Positions 56,405 to 64,000 of a stretch of DNA of 64,000 nt are shown here, one piece after another. The notes beneath the pieces are model-generated. The model was not told the DNA's origin, ran no database searches, and was given only the letters and a program-made list of their open reading frames with translations. Within the stretch, counting starts at the first letter, position 1, and each line of letters begins with the position of its first letter. This DNA is from Acidobacteriota bacterium (lineage in GTDB: Bacteria > Acidobacteriota > UBA6911 > RPQK01 > JADFOI01): positions 320,001 through 384,000 of the forward strand of contig OY760074.1 in assembly GCA_963663035.1 (NCBI GenBank), read 5' to 3'. Made by a program: the position numbers and the translations under genes.

Positions 56405-59074
56405 GTGCTCGGCAAGACCATCTCGCATTACAAAGTCATCGAGAAAATCGGCCAAGGGGGTATGGGAGAGGTATACCGGGCCAGCGATACCAAGCTGAAC
56501 CGGGATGTGGCGCTCAAGGTGCTGCCGAAGCAGTTCACCCAGGACCCGCAGCGGTTGGCTCGGTTTGAACGGGAGGCCAAGCTGCTGGCCTCACTCAATC
56601 ACCCCAACATAGCAGCCATCTACGGCTTGGAAGAAGCCGATGGCGTGCGCTTCCTTGCCCTGGAGCTGGTCCCAGGCGACACCCTGCAAGAGCGTGTAGC
56701 CAAAGGCCGGGTGCCGCTTGAAGAAGCTCTGGAGATCTGTCGTCAAATTGTCGAGGGGATGGAAGCTGCTCATGAGAATGGCGTCATCCACAGAGACTTG
56801 AAACCGGCCAATGTGAAAGTAACCCCTGCGGGCAAGGTGAAGATCCTGGACTTTGGGTTGGCCAAGGCGTTTGAGGCTGAACCTCCGGTTACAGACATTT
56901 CACAATCTCCAACACTGACCGAGGAGATGACCCGTGCTGGTGTAATCCTGGGAACGGCGGCCTACATGAGTCCCGAGCAGGCCAAGGGTGAAGCGGTTGA
57001 TAAAAGGGCGGATATCTTTGCCTTTGGAGCTGTGTTGTATGAACTGTTGACAAGTAAGAGGGCATTTCAGGGAGATACGATCACTGAAACCATTGCAGCT
57101 GTGCTCAAGAGTGAGCCTGACTGGGAGAAGTTGCCAGAGAACACGCCTTGGAGAATTCAAGAGCTGCTTCGCCGATGTCTCCAAAAAGCCGTTCGTGACC
57201 GCCTCGATGGAATAGCCAACGTGCGGATTGAGATAAAGCTGGCACTTGAGGATCCTACGGCGGTATCGCCTACTGGAGCAGCCAGAGTGGTCCAGCCTAC
57301 ACGACGCTTGTGGGCGATGGCAGTGGGTTTGGTTGTGTTGGCATTGGTGGTCGGAGGCATGGCTACTTGGCTTTTCATACAGCCATCGTCACCTGAGCAG
57401 TCACTAAGCAGGTTTGTGATTCGACTTCCACCACCCATAGTTTTGCGAAGTGGTAATTCAAATGCGCTGGCAATCTCACCGGACGGACGGAATTTTGTCT
57501 ATAGGGGCGTTTGGGAGGGACGGACCCGACTCTACCTGCGCTCCCTAGACGAGGTTGTAGACAAGCCTATTCCTGGGACTGAGGGTGTCACGGGCAATGC
57601 GTTCTTCTCACCTGATGGCAAATCTATAGGGTTCTTTGCCAACAATAAGCTGAAGAAGACTTCACTGGCAGGGGGATCTCCCATTACGCTGTGCGATGCA
57701 CTGTCAAGTGGTCGAAGCGGGGACTGGTTTGAGGACACGATTGTGTTCGCTGCAACATTACCGACTGGTCAAGCTCTGTACCAGGTGTCGGCCAATGGGG
57801 GTGAGCCTGAGATGCTGGCAACCGTGAACCTCGATGCGGGTGAGGGAGCGTATACTAATCCCGACTTCTTACCGGATGGGAAGGACTTCCTCTTTAACAT
57901 CAGATTGGATACAGGACATCAGACTGCCTTGCTATCGCTGGAAACTGGAGAGCAGAAAGTCCTCCTGGAAAACGCCAGGCAAGCACGTTACTTGTCAACG
58001 GGACATTTGCTTTATGAACAGTCGCGAACAGGAAACCTGATGGTTGTGCCCTTTGATCTGGCTGCCCTTGAGGTCACTGGTGACTCCGTGCCAGTCGTGC
58101 AGGGAGTGAGACAGATACCAGTTGGTTCAGTTGACTACGCCATTTCAGACAACGGCACGCTTGTCTATGTTCCGAGCACGAGCACTGGTGGCTTCAACCT
58201 TACTCTCGTCTGGGTGGATCGCCAGGGGCAAGCCACGCCACTGATAGAAGACCGGAATGTTTACAATCGTCCTCGCCTCTCGCCGGATGGCCAACGGGTA
58301 GCGGTAGGGGCTCGGTCGGGTGCGAACCCGGATATCTGGATTTACGATATCGGGCCTGGCACTCGCATGCGACTGACGGTTGAAGGAAATAACTTCTCTC
58401 CCGTTTGGACGCCGGACGGCACGCGAGTCACGTTTTCTTCCACTAGAGACGGCCCCCAGGACCTTTACTGGAAACCGGCAGACGGAAGCGGCCAGGCGGA
58501 GCTATTGCTGAACATGAACAGTCTGAATATTCTTACTCCCACGTCGTGGTCTCCTGACAGCGAATCGCTGGCTTTCTATGAGGTCAATCCCGCCAGCGCA
58601 AGGGATATCTGGGCGCTGCCCCGCGAAGGTGATGCTTTACCCTTTGTTGCCACAGCCTTCAATGAACGAGCTCCCATGTTCTCACCTGACGGTCGGTGGC
58701 TGGCCTACGTCTCGGATGAGTCGGGCCGGGACGAGATATACGTGCAACCCTACCCTGGCCCCGGAGGGAAGTGGCCGATCTCGGCCGAAGGAGGGACTGA
58801 GCCGCATTGGTCAGCCGATGGACGCGAGTTGTTCTACCGGCTGGGGGACAAAATGATGGTCGTGGAGGTGCAGAGTGAACCGGCCTTTACCTCGGGAAGG
58901 CCACAACTGGTCTTTGAAGGACCCTACGTTTTGGGCAACTCCGTCGCCAACTACGACATCTCACCCGATGGGCAACGATTCTTGATGATCAAGGAAGAGG
59001 AGGGGCAGCAGGACCAAATCAACGTCGTCCTCAACTGGTTTGAAGAACTCAAACGCCTGGTGCCTACCCCATGA
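56405..59074 (+). CDS. Transmembrane Ser/Thr protein kinase with extracytoplasmic PD40/TolB-like beta-propellers
   Basis: [29 protein letters not shown]; TM; many SPDG repeats; NWFEELK C-terminus. Confidence 0.92.
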   Translation: MLGKTISHYKVIEKIGQGGMGEVYRASDTKLNRDVALKVLPKQFTQDPQRLARFEREAKLLASLNHPNIAAIYGLEEADGVRFLALELVPGDTLQERVAKGRVPLEEALEICRQIVEGMEAAHENGVIHRDLKPANVKVTPAGKVKILDFGLAKAFEAEPPVTDISQSPTLTEEMTRAGVILGTAAYMSPEQAKGEAVDKRADIFAFGAVLYELLTSKRAFQGDTITETIAAVLKSEPDWEKLPENTPWRIQELLRRCLQKAVRDRLDGIANVRIEIKLALEDPTAVSPTGAARVVQPTRRLWAMAVGLVVLALVVGGMATWLFIQPSSPEQSLSRFVIRLPPPIVLRSGNSNALAISPDGRNFVYRGVWEGRTRLYLRSLDEVVDKPIPGTEGVTGNAFFSPDGKSIGFFANNKLKKTSLAGGSPITLCDALSSGRSGDWFEDTIVFAATLPTGQALYQVSANGGEPEMLATVNLDAGEGAYTNPDFLPDGKDFLFNIRLDTGHQTALLSLETGEQKVLLENARQARYLSTGHLLYEQSRTGNLMVVPFDLAALEVTGDSVPVVQGVRQIPVGSVDYAISDNGTLVYVPSTSTGGFNLTLVWVDRQGQATPLIEDRNVYNRPRLSPDGQRVAVGARSGANPDIWIYDIGPGTRMRLTVEGNNFSPVWTPDGTRVTFSSTRDGPQDLYWKPADGSGQAELLLNMNSLNILTPTSWSPDSESLAFYEVNPASARDIWALPREGDALPFVATAFNERAPMFSPDGRWLAYVSDESGRDEIYVQPYPGPGGKWPISAEGGTEPHWSADGRELFYRLGDKMMVVEVQSEPAFTSGRPQLVFEGPYVLGNSVANYDISPDGQRFLMIKEEEGQQDQINVVLNWFEELKRLVPTP

Positions 59075-61455
59075 TCGGCCAAACCATCTCCCACTACAAA
59101 ATCACAGAGAAATTGGGTGGCGGTGGGATGGGTGTGGTCTACAAGGCTGAGGACACCCGCCTGGGCCGCAATGTGGCCTTGAAATTTCTGCCTGAAAAGT
59201 TTGCCCAGAACAAACAGGCATTGGATCGTTTCCAGCGGGAGGCCAGAGCGGCCTCGGCACTCAATCATCCCAACATCTGCACCATCCACGACATCGGCGA
59301 TCACGAAGGCCAGCCCTTCATCGTCATGGAGTACCTGGAAGGGCAAACCCTGAAGCACCGAATCCAGGACCGCTCCATACGAACGGATGAGCTGTTGGAC
59401 CTGGGCATCCAAATTGCCGATGCCCTGGATGCGGCGCACTCCAAAGGCATCGTTCACAGGGACATCAAACCGGGCAATATCTTCATCACCCAGAGAGGCG
59501 ATGCCAAGGTGCTGGACTTTGGACTGGCCAAGCTGACCCAGGAGCAGACGGAAGTGGACTCGAAGATGCCCACGGCCCAGGTGTCAGAGGATGCTCTCAC
59601 CAGTCCAGGAACGGCTCTTGGCACAGTGGCATATATGTCGCCTGAGCAGGCCAGAGGTGAGGAGCTGGATGCCAGGACAGATCTGTTCTCGCTGGGTGTG
59701 GTGCTGTATGAGATGGCGACGGGAAGTTTACCCTTTACCGGGAACACGACAGCGGTTCTTTTTGACGAGATACTGAACAAAGCCCCCACTGCTCCAGTAA
59801 GGTTGAATCCAGATCTGCCTGACGGACTGGAGAACACCATCAACAGATCCCTTGAGAAAGATCCCGAGCTTCGCTATCAGACAGCATCGGACTTACGAAG
59901 TGAATTGAAGCGGCTGAGGAGAGACACATCAGGAGAATCTGTCAGTGCAGCCGTACCCGCAGCGACTCCAACCAAAGGAAGCTACTTTTGGCCAGCGATA
60001 GTGGGTGGGCCAGGAATCATTCTTGTGTTGCTGGCCTTGTTCTGGCCGTTCGGTGCTGCTCCTCCAGCAGAAGCAATTGATTCGGTAGCGGTGTTGCCCT
60101 TTGAAAATCTGAGTAATGACCTGGATAAGGAATATCTGAGCGATGGGATTGCCGAAAGCATCATGAATAGTCTTTCTCAACTGAGCAATCTCAGGGTCAT
60201 ATCTCGGGCTTCTTCCTTCCGTTATCGGGGAGGAGACATCGATCCACAGTCAACAGGAGATGAGCTAGGGGTCCGTGCCCTGGTGATGGGAAGAGTTTTG
60301 GTGGATGGAGACGATCTCTCAATACGAGCAGACCTTGTGGATGTCCAGGAGAACAGGCAGTTATGGGGCGAAGAGTACAACGGAAGCCTGGGTGAACTTC
60401 TTGAAATACGGCAGACAATAGCCAGGGAAATCTCGGACCAATTGCGTCTGCAGCTCACTTCTGAAGACACAACACAACTAGCCAGGACCTACACCGAAAA
60501 TAGCCAGGCCCATGAGGCCTACCTCAAGGGAAAGTTTGAACAGGGTAGGGCCACCCTTGATGCTCATCAGAAGGCAATCCAGCACTTCGAGGAAGCCATT
60601 CAAAGGGATCCCAACTATGCCCGAGCATATGTTGCGGCAGCTTGGTCCTACCGTGCTCTCATGGTACCTATCGGTGCTATTCGGCTCCGTGAGGGAATCC
60701 CAAAGGCCGAGGAACTGTTGTTGAAGGCACTGGAGATCGACAACAGGCTTGCTGAGGCTCACGGTGTCCTGGGGGATCTCAAACGGCTTCAAATGGACTT
60801 TGCAGGGGCTGAAGATGAGTACAGGTTGGCCCTTGAAATCGACCCTAATTCCTACGAGGCTACCAACGGGTATGCCTTTCTGCTGACGGCGATGGATCGC
60901 CATGACGAGGCCATTGTCTTAAGCCAACGAGTACAGCAAATAAATCCAATGGCTCCAAACACCAGAACAGGCGCTGCAGCGCACTTTAGCATGGCCCGTC
61001 GATACGAGGAAGCTATAGAGCAATGTCAGTTAGCGCTGGAGATGAGTCCAACTTTCCAGCGCGCCTATGAATATCTCGGAGACATTTATGAAAACATGAA
61101 CCAGTACCAGGAAGCCGTAGGAGCGCGACAGAAAGAGTTGGCTCTTGGGGGAGCCAGTGAGGAAGAGATATTGGGGCTCTCAAGGGCCTATACAACCTCG
61201 GGTCGGGAGGGCTACTGGGGATGGTGGCTGGATTACTACAAAGGGAGAGTAACGCGGGGTGAGTTCGTGTCAGAGAGGTCGTTTGTACTCGCCTATGCTC
61301 AATTGGGTGAGCTGGCCCAGGCCTTTGAATGGTTGGAGAAAGCCTACCAGGAAGGCAATGCCCCTTTTTCTATGAAAGTAGACCCGTCTTATGACCCCCT
61401 CCGCGACGACCCTCGCTTCCAGGACCTGCTGCTGCGGATGAACTTGGCGCCCTAG
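59071..61455 (+). CDS. Transmembrane Ser/Thr protein kinase with TolB-N-like and TPR domains
   Basis: [26 protein letters not shown]; TM; [10 protein letters not shown]; TPRs; [10 protein letters not shown]-terminus. Confidence 0.92.
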   Translation: MIGQTISHYKITEKLGGGGMGVVYKAEDTRLGRNVALKFLPEKFAQNKQALDRFQREARAASALNHPNICTIHDIGDHEGQPFIVMEYLEGQTLKHRIQDRSIRTDELLDLGIQIADALDAAHSKGIVHRDIKPGNIFITQRGDAKVLDFGLAKLTQEQTEVDSKMPTAQVSEDALTSPGTALGTVAYMSPEQARGEELDARTDLFSLGVVLYEMATGSLPFTGNTTAVLFDEILNKAPTAPVRLNPDLPDGLENTINRSLEKDPELRYQTASDLRSELKRLRRDTSGESVSAAVPAATPTKGSYFWPAIVGGPGIILVLLALFWPFGAAPPAEAIDSVAVLPFENLSNDLDKEYLSDGIAESIMNSLSQLSNLRVISRASSFRYRGGDIDPQSTGDELGVRALVMGRVLVDGDDLSIRADLVDVQENRQLWGEEYNGSLGELLEIRQTIAREISDQLRLQLTSEDTTQLARTYTENSQAHEAYLKGKFEQGRATLDAHQKAIQHFEEAIQRDPNYARAYVAAAWSYRALMVPIGAIRLREGIPKAEELLLKALEIDNRLAEAHGVLGDLKRLQMDFAGAEDEYRLALEIDPNSYEATNGYAFLLTAMDRHDEAIVLSQRVQQINPMAPNTRTGAAAHFSMARRYEEAIEQCQLALEMSPTFQRAYEYLGDIYENMNQYQEAVGARQKELALGGASEEEILGLSRAYTTSGREGYWGWWLDYYKGRVTRGEFVSERSFVLAYAQLGELAQAFEWLEKAYQEGNAPFSMKVDPSYDPLRDDPRFQDLLLRMNLAP

Positions 61456-63094
61456 CCCGGATTATTCATAAATTCTGAAGAAGGGGTCTGATCGAGGGCA
61501 CAAAAAGATGCCGTACCTCTTTGATATAAAAGGGGTTATGAAACAACTCCAAACCAAAAAGGTACGGCCCAGCGATGCATCAGTCTGCCAGATCAACTTG
61601 CCATCTCACCCTGACAGAAAAGTGGTGGCTCGATTCGATGGAGGCCGGCTCTCCTCCGATGCCGGGCTGCTGTGTCTGTACGCCCTGGATCAACAGCACG
61701 GACTGACGGCTGGCTTTGCCTCCTGCCTGAAGGACGCTCGAGATAGCCGCTACGTCCGCCACCAGATTCGCGAACTGCTCACCCAGCGCAGCTTTCAGAT
61801 CGTGGCCGGCTATGAGGACTGCAACGATGCCGACAGCTTGCGCTCGGATCCCATCTTCAAGACCGTGTGTGATCGGCTGCCGGAAAGCGATCCGGATCTG
61901 GCTTCTCAACCCACGCTGTCGCGACTGGAGAACTCGGTGGACTCGAAGGATCTCACTCGCCTGGGACAGTGGCTGCTGGAGACCTACTTGAAGCACCGCA
62001 AGAAGAGCCGGCCCGAGAAGATCATCCTGGACATCGACAGCACGGATGACGTCACGCATGGGCAGCAGGAGTTCAGCTTTTACCACGGCTATTATCGCGA
62101 GCACATGTATCATCCGCTGTTGCTATTCGATGGCGAGACGGGCGATCTGGTATGTGCGCTACTGCGGCCCGGCAACCAGGGGGCGGCCGCCCACGCGGTG
62201 GCGGTTCTCAAACGGGTGGTGGCCCGGATGCGCCAGGTTCTGGGATCCGATGTTCCGATCGAAGTGCGAGCCGACAGTGGCTTTGCGACGCCGGCACTGT
62301 ACGAGTTCTGTGAGGAGGAAAAACTGCAGTATGTGGTGGGCTTTGCCCGCAACTCCCGGCTGGCGGCCACCGTCGAGCCCTTGGTTGAGCAGGTGCAAGC
62401 AGACTATGACGACTCAGGAGAAAAGCAACGCCAGTTCACCGAGCTCGTCTATCAGGCCGACAGTTGGGACCGGGAGCGGCGCATGGTGGCCAAGGTGGAA
62501 GTGAGCGAGCGCGGGTTCAACCGTCGCTTTGTGGTCACCAACCGCCAGGATCTCACGGCCGGGCAGCTGTATGACCACTACATCGGACGGGGCCAGTGCG
62601 AGAACTTCGTGAAAGCTTTCAAAAAAGATCTGGCCATGGATCGCTTGAGCTGCCACCGTTTCCTGGCCAACCAGTTCCGACTCTTCATCCACGCCCTGGC
62701 CTATGTCTTAATCCTGCGCCTGCGGGATTACCTGTGCGGGACTCCCTGGCACAACCTGGAGATTGAGACGCTCCGCCGCCGCCTGTTCAAAATCGGTGCC
62801 CGGGTTCGGGAAACTTCTCGTCGCATCTGGGTGCACCTGGCATCGTCTTATCCCGAACAAAAGCTCTTCGCATTACTGATGCACCGTCTGTGTCCCACCT
62901 GACGGTCCCCTGACTCCCTGCGCCAACACAGATATACAGCCCCCTGCGGGCCGAGCTGTTTCCGGAAGGGGCTCTCGCTTCATCTCTATTCGGCTCAACA
63001 AGCTTGGACGCCTTGTAATCGCACCTGAACACACTCTCAGCCCTGAACTTCCGCAGAAAATCGACACTCACCCCAAACTTATGAATAATTGCGG
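61456..63094 (+). mobile_element. IS1380 family element, copy 2 (1639 bp)
   Basis: Same IRs as copy 1; flanked by CTAG on both sides; one synonymous difference noticed (52636 C vs 62120 T). Confidence 0.92.
61508..62902 (+). CDS. IS1380 family transposase
   Basis: Protein identical to 52024-53418. Confidence 0.93.
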   Translation: MPYLFDIKGVMKQLQTKKVRPSDASVCQINLPSHPDRKVVARFDGGRLSSDAGLLCLYALDQQHGLTAGFASCLKDARDSRYVRHQIRELLTQRSFQIVAGYEDCNDADSLRSDPIFKTVCDRLPESDPDLASQPTLSRLENSVDSKDLTRLGQWLLETYLKHRKKSRPEKIILDIDSTDDVTHGQQEFSFYHGYYREHMYHPLLLFDGETGDLVCALLRPGNQGAAAHAVAVLKRVVARMRQVLGSDVPIEVRADSGFATPALYEFCEEEKLQYVVGFARNSRLAATVEPLVEQVQADYDDSGEKQRQFTELVYQADSWDRERRMVAKVEVSERGFNRRFVVTNRQDLTAGQLYDHYIGRGQCENFVKAFKKDLAMDRLSCHRFLANQFRLFIHALAYVLILRLRDYLCGTPWHNLEIETLRRRLFKIGARVRETSRRIWVHLASSYPEQKLFALLMHRLCPT

Positions 63095-63406
63095 CTAGGT
63101 GTGCCCGCCATCCCTTGATGCAGGACACTTCTATTCCCCTGCTTAGGTACAGGCAATTTCAAATAGATTCTTGATGAGGCATTTCGTCATCTTGCCCCCA
63201 GTTTCAGTGCTTGCTACACTATTTTCGACAAGCGACTGCCTATCAACTATCAAGTAGCCTGATTCATCCGTTTCCGGCTGCAACCCGCGAGCCGGCGTTC
63301 CGTCCGAGCCGCGCGCAAGTTAGCGGACTCCAGGTTCGTCGGCAGGTCAGCTCCCTGAACTGTGATGTGGACTTTTCGGCCAGCACGTATAACCACGCTC
63401 CTCTCC

Positions 63407-64000
63407 ATGAGGACACTGATGCTTGCCTGGCTCTTGCCTGCACTGCTGGCTCCCTCAACGCTGGGCGCTCAGGAGGCCGCCTCCGAAGAGCGGAAACGGG
63501 CCTTCGCAGTCCGTGTTCCGGAGGGCTCGATCCGTGTCGACGGTAGTCTGGAGGAAGAGGCATGGGCCCAGGCGACGCCGATCACGGATTTCGTCCAGAA
63601 AGAGCCCAACGAAGGGGCCCAGCCTGTGGAGAACATGGAGGTTCGCTTCGTCTACACCTCCGGTGGCTTCTATGTGGGCGCCCGCATGTACAAGGAGGAG
63701 CCCGGCTCAGTCATCCAGGCGCCCATGGGGCGGCGCGATAGCGGCGAGCAGTCCGAGCACCTGCTGGTTGCACTGGACACCTTTCTGGATCGCCGTACCG
63801 CCTACGTTTTCGGCGTAACCGCCTCCGGAGTACGCCTCGACCGCTTCCATCCGGAGGACGACGAGGGAAGTTTTGACGAGGACTTCAACCCGGTCTGGCG
63901 GGCCAGGACCCAGGTCGATGAGCAGGGATGGACCGCCGAACTGGAAATACCCTTTTCCCAGTTCCGCTTCAACCCGGGGGCCGAACAGGTGTGGGGCTTG
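63407..64000 (+). CDS. DUF5916/CBM9-like domain protein, 5' part (runs off window end)
   Basis: Manual translation: signal peptide, IRVDGSLEEEAWAQATPITDFVQKEP, LDTFLDRRTAYVF, GWTAELEIPFSQ. Confidence 0.82.
   Translation, partial: MRTLMLAWLLPALLAPSTLGAQEAASEERKRAFAVRVPEGSIRVDGSLEEEAWAQATPITDFVQKEPNEGAQPVENMEVRFVYTSGGFYVGARMYKEEPGSVIQAPMGRRDSGEQSEHLLVALDTFLDRRTAYVFGVTASGVRLDRFHPEDDEGSFDEDFNPVWRARTQVDEQGWTAELEIPFSQFRFNPGAEQVWGL

Overview
A gene-dense bacterial window, most consistent with an Acidobacteriota-like genome (inferred from the Hanks kinase-PD40/TPR fusions, DUF5916 paralogues, secreted amidohydrolases and ankyrin protein). 1-37 kb holds a hydroxycinnamate/aromatic CoA-ester catabolic cluster with a molybdenum hydroxylase, several secreted hydrolases, aroF, a Crp-ECF-anti-sigma module, a REP-flanked HUH (RAYT/IS200-like) transposase, a cobalamin-riboswitch btuB operon, and a three-gene module (P-loop ATPase-Ser/Thr kinase fusion, secreted TPR protein, polytopic membrane protein-ATPase fusion). 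37-43 kb holds ihf-merR, then a palindrome-controlled operon of a two-domain multicopper oxidase, a ZIP transporter and an OsmC-like ORF. The ORF caller split that ORF at an in-frame TGA that lies at the catalytic-Cys position and is followed by a SECIS-like hairpin, so it is a probable selenoprotein. An IS3 and tRNA-Pro(GGG) follow. 43-64 kb is an island-like mosaic with IS481, an APH(3')-like gene and two near-identical IS1380 copies. These bracket a truncated IS256, a direct-repeat-flanked hipBA module and two kinases, possibly as a composite transposon. All calls come from reading motifs by eye; no searches were run.
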